Assembly (NCBI GenBank): GCA_009773495.1 | Contig: WSXW01000002.1 | Span: forward strand, 50,864-114,863 | Direction of reading: 5' to 3' | DNA from: Bacillota bacterium | Lineage (GTDB): Bacteria; Bacillota; UBA994 | DNA: 64,000 nt | Shown here: piece after piece, positions 1 to 8,921 of the stretch | How the letters are laid out: every line of letters begins with the position of its first letter | Numbering within the stretch: position 1 is the first letter of the stretch | The notes under the pieces: model-generated | What the model saw: only the letters and a program-made list of their open reading frames with translations | Databases searched by the model: none | What the model was told of the DNA's origin: nothing | Position numbers and translations under genes: made by a program

Positions 1-15
1 ATGTTGTATCGGCAC
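1..15 (-). CDS. Possible 5' end of a gene running off the left edge (GTG-CCG-ATA-CAA-CAT...)
   Basis: Minus-strand RBS GAGGTGA 4 nt before a GTG at 15; only 5 codons are visible. Confidence 0.3.
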
Positions 16-138
16 AACATCACCTCAAAACCATTGTACAGCAAAAGGAGGCTCCCCGCGATGTTGTAGTCGCTAAGCACTAAACACAAATCACTCTAGG
101 AGTCCCTGAGCAGACATAAGAAGAGAACATTGTTAGCC

Positions 139-1803
139 TTATATTTCAAGTTGTTGGTAAAATATGTCGGCCATGCGTAGCAACACTATGAAGCTCACAG
201 CCGCTATGGCTAGGTGGGCGGCGGTTAGTACTAACAATATGCCTGAACCCTCTAGCACACCTGACAAGGCTCGGAAAGAGAAATAGGTAATTACACCTGA
301 TGGCACCATGAGAATAAGTGGGGTTACGGCGTTGAGGTTATTCTTGACAGCGTGCTGAGGGTTAGTCCAAGTCAGGAAGGGGTGCCAGATATCGAATAAC
401 ATCCCGAGCAACTGAGGCATGGCACCTACCGTTATACCCAGCAGCCCTGCGCCAAGAACATACATAATGTGTGGCGCAAACATATAATAGTACAGGCCGC
501 TGATCAGAACAGCGATTATTAGTGATGCCAAACCTGCATGTATTAGTTTGGCAATAACCTGCAGGCGGGGCTGTATAGGGAGAACCTTAGAGATCCACAG
601 ATGTTTACCCTCGCGACTAATAGATGTGCTAGCTAAGGTATTTAGACTGCTCAGTGCGGCGATCATGCCCGCAAAGATGAGAGTAGAGGCAACTAAGCCA
701 TTAGGAGCACTTTTGGCCCATTTCGCTAGCTCCTGCAGGCCTTGTCCGCCGGTAAATGCAGGGACGAAGGCCATCAGAGGGACAAGGATGACGGCAATAA
801 AGCCATTAAGCACCCAGATGGGCACACGTAAGAACAGTCTCCATTCTCTCAGAAATAAGGCCTTCAGAGCAGGAGTTGAGGTAGCTCGCTTAGATAGAAC
901 CTGCTGAGTAAAGGCGATATTCTTTCTTTCGTGCTCCGCCCCTCCGATTAAACCGCCGTAAAATACACGTTGCCCCACGGACAGAAACGCCCAGACACCT
1001 AGGACAGAGGAGAATACTAGGTAAGTAAGACTAACGAAGCCTTCGGCTTGGCCAGCACGCGAAATGGCTCTAGTGGCCCACACACTAGGTGGAAAAGCGC
1101 TACCTAACAGTCGGACCAAATCTACACGGTTCTGTAATATGGCCTCAATGTCAACATCATTAATGACAGCAGACTGAAATAAGAATTGCACGTACATTAT
1201 TACGGCCAGAAGTATCAAGCTCGAGAGCACAATCATGATGTCCCTGTGACGCCGGTTGAGGCCGCGCATGAGTGTAACGACGATAATTCCCGCAATTGAG
1301 AGAGGAACCACAGGCAATAACAAGAATACCACCACTGCTGAAATCCAGCCTGCCGTACCTAGCGGCACGTACTGATTGTAGGCAATCATAGCGGGGATGA
1401 CAATAAATAGAGCAGGGAGATACTCGGTGATATTGGCAATTAAGAACTTGGAGGCCAGAATAGCTTTTTCTTTAAGTGGTAACGGGACTAATGTCTCTAA
1501 GTCATTAGAGAAGTAGAAGAGAGAAATAAGGGTAAAGAGCCCCATGAAGAGCGCAAGAACTTGAGTGCCAAGTATAGGTAGGGTCAGGCCCATATCTGCT
1601 TGGCCCGGAGGGGCACTCGCAATTAAGCCTCTAGCAAGGAAAAAGGCGCCACTGCTTAAGCTGGTGACGAGGGTCATAGCTGCGAACCCAATCACGATTG
1701 GTTCCCATAGTTTTTGTCTATTGCGCACATACTTAATCCGCATGGAAGTCAGGCCAAAGTAATTAGCGATTGATAGCCTTAGGAGCGCAAAAAAGCTCTT
1801 CAT
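139..1803 (-). CDS. ABC-2 type exporter permease (putative ABC exporter family)
   Basis: 554 aa with many TM segments; overlaps the stop of the upstream ABC ATPase; motifs FYFSNDLETLVPLP and ISREGK. Confidence 0.85.
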   Translation of the reverse strand: MKSFFALLRLSIANYFGLTSMRIKYVRNRQKLWEPIVIGFAAMTLVTSLSSGAFFLARGLIASAPPGQADMGLTLPILGTQVLALFMGLFTLISLFYFSNDLETLVPLPLKEKAILASKFLIANITEYLPALFIVIPAMIAYNQYVPLGTAGWISAVVVFLLLPVVPLSIAGIIVVTLMRGLNRRHRDIMIVLSSLILLAVIMYVQFLFQSAVINDVDIEAILQNRVDLVRLLGSAFPPSVWATRAISRAGQAEGFVSLTYLVFSSVLGVWAFLSVGQRVFYGGLIGGAEHERKNIAFTQQVLSKRATSTPALKALFLREWRLFLRVPIWVLNGFIAVILVPLMAFVPAFTGGQGLQELAKWAKSAPNGLVASTLIFAGMIAALSSLNTLASTSISREGKHLWISKVLPIQPRLQVIAKLIHAGLASLIIAVLISGLYYYMFAPHIMYVLGAGLLGITVGAMPQLLGMLFDIWHPFLTWTNPQHAVKNNLNAVTPLILMVPSGVITYFSFRALSGVLEGSGILLVLTAAHLAIAAVSFIVLLRMADIFYQQLEI

Positions 1804-2525
1804 TTTTCGGTCAGCTCCAGGAAGATGCTCTCAAGGGACGCCTTCTCAGCAGCGGAAGTTCTCAAATCTTCCATTGTGCCGCAGGAGATAAGTTGCCCCT
1901 TTTTGATGATACCTACGCGATGGCAGAGACGTTCAGCTACGTCAAGGATGTGTGTAGAAAAAAATACAGTCATTCCTTGGCGGCAGTGTTCATTCATGAG
2001 CTCCTTAAAGAGGTGAGCCGAACGCGGATCTAATCCTACCATTGGTTCGTCAAGAATTAGCAGGGGAGGCTCATGGATTAATGCGGCTGTGAGAGCTAGC
2101 TTCTGCTTCATTCCATGGGAAAAACTTCCTACTAGGTCTCCCATAGCCTTGCTGATTTCAAACATCTCTATGAGTTTTCCAAGGCGTTTTTGACGAGTAG
2201 TGCTGTCCACTCGATGTACATCAGCGATAAAATTGACGTACTCAATGCCTGTAAGTTTATCATAGAGGTCTGGATTATCAGGTACGAACCCTAAGCTGCT
2301 CTTTGCTGCTAGCGTCTGCTTGAGAGTATCGTATCCATTGACGGTAATAGATCCCTGATCTTGTTTAAGGAGCCCCACAATCATTTTAATAGATGTGGTT
2401 TTCCCTGCACCATTTGGCCCTAGGAACCCAAAGATTTCACCAGGTTTGACTTCTAGATTGAGGTCGTCTACGGCCTTGACCTTGCCCTTCTGATAGGCCT
2501 TAGACAAGCCCTGAATTTTTAACAT
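1800..2525 (-). CDS. ABC transporter ATP-binding protein
   Basis: Walker A GPNGAGKT, signature FSHGMKQ, Walker B LILDEP; start moved to the ATG at 2525 after RBS GAGGAGG. Confidence 0.95.
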   Translation of the reverse strand: MLKIQGLSKAYQKGKVKAVDDLNLEVKPGEIFGFLGPNGAGKTTSIKMIVGLLKQDQGSITVNGYDTLKQTLAAKSSLGFVPDNPDLYDKLTGIEYVNFIADVHRVDSTTRQKRLGKLIEMFEISKAMGDLVGSFSHGMKQKLALTAALIHEPPLLILDEPMVGLDPRSAHLFKELMNEHCRQGMTVFFSTHILDVAERLCHRVGIIKKGQLISCGTMEDLRTSAAEKASLESIFLELTEK

Positions 2526-2602
2526 AGTACATTCCTCCTCGTTACCGGTATTACGCATGAGCAAGCTACTAGTTTCGTGTCCTGCTATATGGGAAAAATG
2601 TT

Positions 2603-2624
2603 GTGTATCAATGTGTTAGTACAC
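2603..2624. promoter_or_regulatory. YtrA-subfamily GntR operator-like palindrome
   Basis: GTGTATCA-N6-TAGTACAC lies just downstream of a minus-strand sigA-like promoter (CTGACT-N17-CATAAT) for the ABC exporter. Confidence 0.6.
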
Positions 2625-2751
2625 TAATATTATGGTCCGGAGAGTTTCCAAAGTCAGCAGGGCGTAAACAATTTTTGAGTTCACAGCAGGGATTTTTGTG
2701 AGAGTAGTGAATACTGTATTATGGAACAAATGCCTGAAAGGGGATTAATAC

Positions 2752-3228
2752 GTGATTCGAAAGGCACAGGCTGCGGATATCCCTGAGGTCCAGGCGGTGG
2801 CTAGGGTTGCTTGGGAGCATACCTATAAAAAAATAATGAAGCCTGCTACGCGAAGCCATTTTTTGGATGAATTTTACAATTATAATGCCTTATATAAAGC
2901 TTTAAATATCCAACCGGGTGGCATATGGGTAGCAGAACAGCAGGGGAGAGTAGTGGGTTTTATACAGGTCGTCCCGATGCTAGATCGTAGTGGACTTGAG
3001 TTGAGTCGCCTTTACGTATTACCCCATTACCAGCGTCAAGGTATTGGCCAGTTATTGCTAAACCACGTTGCTGCCGAGTACCCATCCAGTTCGTGGTGGG
3101 CTCTAGTTGAGCGAGACGATAATAGCGCTGTGGAGTTTTATCGAAAGAACGACTTTGAACAACGCCGTGATCTCATATTAAATATCTTCGGCGAAGACCT
3201 CAATTTTCTAGAGTTCTTCAGAAAGTAG
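2752..3228 (+). CDS. GNAT family N-acetyltransferase
   Basis: Acetyl-CoA motif LYVLPHYQRQGIG and N..AVEFYRKNDF. Confidence 0.9.
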   Translation: MIRKAQAADIPEVQAVARVAWEHTYKKIMKPATRSHFLDEFYNYNALYKALNIQPGGIWVAEQQGRVVGFIQVVPMLDRSGLELSRLYVLPHYQRQGIGQLLLNHVAAEYPSSSWWALVERDDNSAVEFYRKNDFEQRRDLILNIFGEDLNFLEFFRK

Positions 3229-3252
3229 GATGGCCATTGGCCATCCTACTTT
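3222..3252. terminator. Bidirectional intrinsic terminator
   Basis: AAAGTAGGATGGCC-att-GGCCATCCTACTTT between the convergent GNAT and MCP genes. Confidence 0.8.
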
Positions 3253-3256
3253 TATG

Positions 3257-4819
3257 CTATATTATGAATCGGGATATCTTGTGCTGCATTTGCTCAGCCA
3301 TTTGTGCTAATCCTTGGGCCGATGCGGCCATCTCTTGCGATGTAGAGCTGACCTCTTGTATGGCAGCAGCTAGTTGCTCCGCCCCTTGACTGGCTTGGTC
3401 GGAGCCAGCAGCGACTTCCTTAATGGACAAACTTAGTTCACTGACCATATGACTAATCTCCCCTAATGTTGAGCTTGCAGAGGCGACTGTCTTCTCTGCC
3501 TTTTGAATAGCGGTTGACACTTCGTTCACTGCTTCGTTGGCTGAGTTTGCACCTGATACAATGCCATTAATGATTTTTGCAATCTCCTTTGTAGCCGTAC
3601 TTGACTGTTGGGCCAGTTGACGTACTGCATCAGCTACTACCGCAAATCCACGACCATGCTCACCAGCACGGGCAGCCTCAATGGCTGCATTAAGGGCCAA
3701 TAGATTAGTCTGTTCTGCAATGTTGCGAATCTCATTGGTAATTACTGCTATTTCGTTAGTCTGTACAGCTAGCGATCGCATGGATACAGTAGTTGCGCTA
3801 GCTAAGTTAGTTACTGTACCCATCATCCCTATGGCGTTTTTCGCGGCACTTTCTCCTTTTATTGCGTCTGCGGCCATGGTCTTTGCAGTCGAAGCAACTT
3901 CGACTGCGGAGGCGCTGCCCTGAGAAACTGAGGCCGCTACACTAGCACTGGTCGAGGCCATCTCTTGAGCTGAAGCGGCGACTTCTTCGCTCGCTGAGGC
4001 CAGTTCCTCACTGTGAGCGCTAAGGTCTGTAGCTACCTGCGTTATACTAAGGATGAGCTGGCTAAGGCTTGCCGCCATTTGGTTAGTGCTGTTTGCTAAT
4101 AGTCCCAACTCGTTGTTGGCAGAGATATTAACCCGCGCTCGCAAGTCGCCCTGCGCAATTTTTTCAACTACAGAGGAAATATGTAAAATAGGAAATATTA
4201 TGGCTTGACGAGAATACATAAAGGCCAAGGCTGTGATTACGAGAGCAATGATAGCCCCATATATAGTCATATTTTTAGTTGAAGTCGCTACGGCGCGGTG
4301 GATGTTTGCTGTAGGAACCCCTGAGAAAAGCATACCGATCGTCTGCCCTTGGGAGTTACTTATGGGGACATATAGTGTCTGATGCGGCTGACCGAGTATT
4401 TCTGCCTGCCCGACATAATTTTGGCCTTCCTGGAGGACCTGCTTCGCAACAGCATCAGAAACGGGGGTCCCTATAGCTCGTACCCCATTATCTGTGACAT
4501 TGGTAGATACTCGAATATTCTGAGCGAAGAGAGTAAAAAGGGCCCCGGTCGCTTTGCCTAACGTATCAACTACGTCGTAGTTTTCGTTTATTAGGACACT
4601 CCCTTTTCTGAGTAGGCCCTCCTGCAATGACCAGTCACCGGGATAGTGCTCATTAAGGAGGATTCGTAAGATTTCGACATTGGACGCATTGTTTAGTTTG
4701 TACTCGTCGCTTAACCTGTTCTGAACTCCAGTAATGGCTACGTAAGTGAGAGCCACGCCTGTGACTGCGACGCTAAAGATAAGTATAGCAGCAATGGTTA
4801 AAGACACTGAACTGCGCAA
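3257..4819 (-). CDS. Methyl-accepting chemotaxis protein (Cache-type sensor, HAMP, signalling domain)
   Basis: [30 protein letters not shown] signature; two TM segments; sensor motif RVSTNV...RAIGT; TTG start placed after GGAGGAG. Confidence 0.95.
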   Translation of the reverse strand: MRSSVSLTIAAILIFSVAVTGVALTYVAITGVQNRLSDEYKLNNASNVEILRILLNEHYPGDWSLQEGLLRKGSVLINENYDVVDTLGKATGALFTLFAQNIRVSTNVTDNGVRAIGTPVSDAVAKQVLQEGQNYVGQAEILGQPHQTLYVPISNSQGQTIGMLFSGVPTANIHRAVATSTKNMTIYGAIIALVITALAFMYSRQAIIFPILHISSVVEKIAQGDLRARVNISANNELGLLANSTNQMAASLSQLILSITQVATDLSAHSEELASASEEVAASAQEMASTSASVAASVSQGSASAVEVASTAKTMAADAIKGESAAKNAIGMMGTVTNLASATTVSMRSLAVQTNEIAVITNEIRNIAEQTNLLALNAAIEAARAGEHGRGFAVVADAVRQLAQQSSTATKEIAKIINGIVSGANSANEAVNEVSTAIQKAEKTVASASSTLGEISHMVSELSLSIKEVAAGSDQASQGAEQLAAAIQEVSSTSQEMAASAQGLAQMAEQMQHKISRFII

Positions 4820-4937
4820 TATACACAACTCCTCCGATGTAGAATCCTTGTCTAGCTTTCGACAAATCTCGACATCTTCCTGCTAGAGACAGATAGATTA
4901 ACACATAAGTGTCCAAATAACGCGTAACGGAGTTGTA

Positions 4938-5072
4938 AGTGAAGAAAGTCCTTGGCTCAGCCTTCTGGGGCCAGCCAAGGACTCTTGAGCTTGGTTAGTT
5001 TATATGATAAGTCCCGGGGTGTTTCTGAACCGCCGTATACCGAACGGTACGTTAATCATCCCTCCTACTCGG
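4938..5072 (+). mobile_element. Decayed 3' fragment of a group IIC intron (end of RT ORF plus partial domains V/VI)
   Basis: Aligns by eye to 54920-55080, including GAACCGCCGTATACCGAACGGTACGT and CCCTCCTACTCG; 24-nt internal deletion. Confidence 0.85.
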
Positions 5073-5089
5073 CTAATACTATCTAAATA

Positions 5090-5296
5090 CTATTGTCTGT
5101 TGGTATTGTGAGATCGGTCGCGAGCAAGAAAAGAGACTGAGTACAGACCTGCCAAGCCCACCAGGGAGTAGACTATGCGACTGAGTAGGGCGTCCTGCCC
5201 ACCAAAAATAGTAGCCACAAGATCGAAACCAAATAGACCTATAAGCCCCCAATTAAGTGCTCCAATTATGACCAAGATGAGAGCAGCTGTATCCAC
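5090..5296 (-). CDS. DUF378 small membrane protein (YuzA-like)
   Basis: ALILVIIGALNWGLIGLFGFDLVA...RIVYSLVGLAG; upstream sigG/sigF-like GAATA-N17-GATACTA. Confidence 0.9.
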   Translation of the reverse strand: MDTAALILVIIGALNWGLIGLFGFDLVATIFGGQDALLSRIVYSLVGLAGLYSVSFLARDRSHNTNRQ

Positions 5297-5410
5297 TAAG
5301 TTCACACTCCTTATTTTTTGTTAGTATCACCCAGTAAACGAAGAATATTCATAGGTGGATTCTTTCTGTCTGGGCAAGACTAAAATAAGATGTGAAGGTA
5401 TGTTACTTCA

Positions 5411-6637
5411 TTACACGGGTCTGAGGTATGTGAACTGTTTCTTGCCTTTGCGTATGGCTATTTTCCCGTCCTGGAGGTGGGAATCGGTAATGAGTGCATC
5501 GGGGGAGTCGATTCTCTTTTCGTTGATATAGATACCCCCGCCCTGAATTAGTCGCCGGCCCTCGCCCTTACTGACCGTAATACCGGTAACAACAAGGAGC
5601 TCAGCGATATTCACTCCTGCGACCAGCAAGCGTGCCTCAACTTCAACTGTAGGGATACCAGCGGCCTCTCCCGCCCCACTAAATAGAGCTTCGGCAGCTT
5701 GCTTGGCCTTCAGAGCCTCAGCCTCTCCATGGGCAAGTTTTGTCGCCTCCATGGCTAGTATCTTTTTGGCCTCATTGATCTCCCGGTCCTTTAATGCTCC
5801 TAGCCTTCGCACTTCTTCCATGGGCAAGAAGGTGAAAATTGCTAGGAAGCGTTCAACATCGAGATCGTGGGTATTGCGCCAGTATTGGTAGAAGTCGTAG
5901 GGGCTAGTACGATCAGTAGCGAGCCATACTGCACCTTCTTCTGTTTTACCCATTTTTTTGCCGCCACTGGTTGTTAATAACGGAAAGGTGATTCCATAAG
6001 TTTCTATGTGTCCAACGCGGCGAATGAGGTCTGCGCCTGCAAGTATGTTTGACCACTGGTCATCTCCACCCATCTGCAGTCTACAGTCGAATTGGTGCTG
6101 GAGATACAGATAATCATAGGATTGAAGCAGCATGTAGTTGAATTCAATGAAAGAGAGTCCTTTTTCCATGCGGCCCTTATAGCATTCAGCGGACAGCATG
6201 CGATTGACTGAGAAATGCACCCCGGTGTCACGCAGGAAGTCGATGTAGTTTATGTTACTTAACCAATCGGCGTTGTTGAGAGTTAAGGCCTTTCCATTAC
6301 CAAAATCAAGGTAACGTCCGATTTGCGCACTAATGCCCTTAACGTTTTGGGCAATCTGCTCACGAGTGAGCATTTGCCGCAGCTCTGTTTTGCCGCTTGG
6401 GTCTCCAATCAAAGCTGTACCGCCGCCGAGGATAGCTATAGGACGATGACCGTGACGTTGCATATGAGCCAGAGCCATAATTGCAACGATGTGACCTACA
6501 TGCAGGCTGTCTGCTGTAGGATCAAACCCGGTATACACCGTCACACTTTGGTCACTCAGGAGCTTGCGGAGTGGTTCATCATGTGTAGTCTGTTTTATAA
6601 AGCCTCGTTCTGCAAGTACATCTATTACGTTTACCAT
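5411..6637 (-). CDS. tyrS: Tyrosine--tRNA ligase
   Basis: GFDPTADSLHVGH (HIGH), QMGGDDQW, KMGKT (KMSKS), C-terminal S4-like domain. Confidence 0.98.
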   Translation of the reverse strand: MVNVIDVLAERGFIKQTTHDEPLRKLLSDQSVTVYTGFDPTADSLHVGHIVAIMALAHMQRHGHRPIAILGGGTALIGDPSGKTELRQMLTREQIAQNVKGISAQIGRYLDFGNGKALTLNNADWLSNINYIDFLRDTGVHFSVNRMLSAECYKGRMEKGLSFIEFNYMLLQSYDYLYLQHQFDCRLQMGGDDQWSNILAGADLIRRVGHIETYGITFPLLTTSGGKKMGKTEEGAVWLATDRTSPYDFYQYWRNTHDLDVERFLAIFTFLPMEEVRRLGALKDREINEAKKILAMEATKLAHGEAEALKAKQAAEALFSGAGEAAGIPTVEVEARLLVAGVNIAELLVVTGITVSKGEGRRLIQGGGIYINEKRIDSPDALITDSHLQDGKIAIRKGKKQFTYLRPV

Positions 6638-6729
6638 ATGATCACTCCCGGAACATTTGCCTGAATTGTATCATAGCCCATCACTTACAGCAACGAAAGG
6701 TGGGTACACTAAATACGGGAGGTGAGGAA

Positions 6730-6888
6730 ATGAAGCATACAACAACAGGTCTCATTGTCGCCGGACTAGGCGCAACTGTTGCAGGGGCCGCGCTGCTCAT
6801 GAAGAAGGGGCGCGTCCGTGATGGCGCTGTAGGCTTTGGACTGGCGCACGTTGTTCTCGGTGCTCTGGACGCAATACGCAAAGAGTAA
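6730..6888 (+). CDS. Small hydrophobic protein (52 aa)
   Basis: Strong RBS GGAGGTGAGG; motif GAVGFGLAHVVLGALD; followed by hairpin AAGGCCTC-gcga-GAGGCCTT. Confidence 0.7.
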   Translation: MKHTTTGLIVAGLGATVAGAALLMKKGRVRDGAVGFGLAHVVLGALDAIRKE

Positions 6889-7174
6889 CAAAAGGCCTCG
6901 CGAGAGGCCTTCTAATAGTCCCGCTTTACTAGCCCCTGGCACCACGATAACTATCTTCACAGGAGAAAGGAAAAATAGCATTACCCAACACGAAAGACTA
7001 AATGCATCTGAACTCGCGCAAGCCTAAATGCAACGACGTAACAGATAATCGGTTGCGTTTACTTTGTCAAATAGCACAATATCACTGTCCGACGACACAA
7101 AGTGTAGTTCTCGTTGGCAAGCCTTAGATTGCTATGGTATAATGCCTACAACTGATTTGAGGGAGATGTGGGGA

Positions 7175-7789
7175 TTGCGAGATTCAATTCTATTTGTGAT
7201 AACTGGGCCCTCAGGGTCAGGCAAAGGAACAATAATGCGTGCTATTGTTGAGCGCTATCCTGACATTGTAAAGATAGCGACGTTTACTACAAGGCAGCCC
7301 CGCCCTAATGAGGAACACGGCTTTGATTATCAGTACGTGTCAGTTGATGATTTTCTCGGAAAAGTTGCCAGTGGAGAGATCTCCGAGCATGAGCAGGTCT
7401 ACAAGGACCACTACTACGGTTCGCCTAGCTTCAACCCTGATCAGGGCTCTGACCGCTTGATGGAGCTCGATTATAAAGGTATGTTTAAGTACAGAAAAAT
7501 AACCAAACGGTTAGTTAGTATATTTATTGCGCCACCTTCTTTTTGTGAAATGGTGGAGCGTATTATCCACCGCAGCAATGAGTCGAACCTTAACAACAGG
7601 GTAAACAATGCCTTCGAACAAATGAACTATGCCGAATACTATGATTATGTAATAGTAAATGAGAAAATGGACGATGCTTGTGCTGAGGCTATAGCGATTG
7701 TCTGTGCTGAACGGTGTAGACGCGATAAACCCTTACGGACGCGACAGATTCAGCGAATGTGCAACGAAAGAGGGCTAGCTCACAAATAA
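7175..7789 (+). CDS. gmk: Guanylate kinase family protein
   Basis: P-loop GPSGSGKGT, TTRQPRPNE..G.DY.YVS, YYGSP, SIFIAPPS, YDYVIVN; start is uncertain (7166 or 7175). Confidence 0.85.
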   Translation: MRDSILFVITGPSGSGKGTIMRAIVERYPDIVKIATFTTRQPRPNEEHGFDYQYVSVDDFLGKVASGEISEHEQVYKDHYYGSPSFNPDQGSDRLMELDYKGMFKYRKITKRLVSIFIAPPSFCEMVERIIHRSNESNLNNRVNNAFEQMNYAEYYDYVIVNEKMDDACAEAIAIVCAERCRRDKPLRTRQIQRMCNERGLAHK

Positions 7790-7805
7790 CGTGAGCTAGC
7801 CCTTT
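7770..7805. terminator. Intrinsic terminator hairpin between convergent gmk and HD-GYP genes
   Basis: AGGGCTAGCTCAC-N7-GTGAGCTAGCCCT followed by TT. Confidence 0.7.
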
Positions 7806-7838
7806 GCCTTTTGGCGCCCTGAGGGGTCCTGAGGGGCT

Positions 7839-8921
7839 CTACACTTGTGACAGTAACCGATTTGCGACATCGGGTGGGATCACTTTCCGTACATGCAAAG
7901 CGGTCTCCCCGAGGCAAAGCTCCAGGGGTACCGCTATATAGCGAAGTTCTTGATCGAATAGACACCGAACCCGTGGCAATAGGGGCTGCCCATGTGGTGT
8001 TTCGAGGGCAAGTGCAATGCGACCATCGCTTAACTCCACCATGACCCCTGTTGGATAGGCCGCTACATTGCTCAAGAATGCACGTACCAGTGCAATATCA
8101 AAGTGAACATTGCCGATAGCTGCTAAAAATTCATATGCTTCATGGGGCGGGAAGCCTGCACGGTACTGACGGTTAGAGATCAAAGCATCAAAGACATCGG
8201 CCATGGCTGTTATTTGACTTTCCTCACTTACTTCCTTGCCTTTTAGACTTCTTGGATAGCCGCTGCCATCCAAGCGCTCATGGTGCTGGTAAGCCATGTC
8301 GCGGGCAAAGGGGAAATTGATGAGCATCTTATACCCATGGGCCGAGTGCGCTTTAACCAACTCATATTCTTCAGGTGTTAATGAATCTGGCTTATCAAGG
8401 ATGCGTCTAGGTAGTTGTGTCTTACCGACATCGTGCAGCATCGCACCTAATCCGAGATTGCACAGGCGGCCTTTAGAATAAGACAGGCTAATACCTGTGA
8501 GTAGGGCTAGTAAGCATACGTTGACAGAGTGTGAGAAGAGGTAGTCGTCCTCAAGCCGGATATCCGCGAAGTTCACGACAGTATTACGGTTTTGGAGTAA
8601 TTCTTCTACTAAACCAGTAACTAATTGGAATAATTTGTTTGTTTTAAGTACGACACCCGCGCTTCCCGCCTCGTCTAGCAGGCTACGTACCCGTACCATG
8701 GTGTTAATCCGAATATCCTCGGAGATAACGTCTCGCAAGGGGGGAAGACGGAGCTTATCTTCTTGTACGTATAAGCACGGTATACTCAGGCTCTTTAGTC
8801 GCTCTATGTAGTGGGGAGTGAGCACACACTGCTCCTTGAGAAGTACATGACCTTGACTACTGTAAATGCTACGGCCTACGACCATCCCAGGAGTTAAGTG
8901 ATCTATTTCAACCCTACGCAT
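7839..8921 (-). CDS. HD-GYP domain phosphodiesterase
   Basis: HSVNV, LHDVGK, HHERLDGSGYP, DVFDAL...R.YR. Confidence 0.93.
   Translation of the reverse strand: MRRVEIDHLTPGMVVGRSIYSSQGHVLLKEQCVLTPHYIERLKSLSIPCLYVQEDKLRLPPLRDVISEDIRINTMVRVRSLLDEAGSAGVVLKTNKLFQLVTGLVEELLQNRNTVVNFADIRLEDDYLFSHSVNVCLLALLTGISLSYSKGRLCNLGLGAMLHDVGKTQLPRRILDKPDSLTPEEYELVKAHSAHGYKMLINFPFARDMAYQHHERLDGSGYPRSLKGKEVSEESQITAMADVFDALISNRQYRAGFPPHEAYEFLAAIGNVHFDIALVRAFLSNVAAYPTGVMVELSDGRIALALETPHGQPLLPRVRCLFDQELRYIAVPLELCLGETALHVRKVIPPDVANRLLSQV

Noticed and set aside
6915-7130. Short ORFs in the gap before the guanylate kinase
   Set aside because: No RBS or recognisable protein signal in any frame; the ORF-track N-terminal extension of gmk spans its probable promoter
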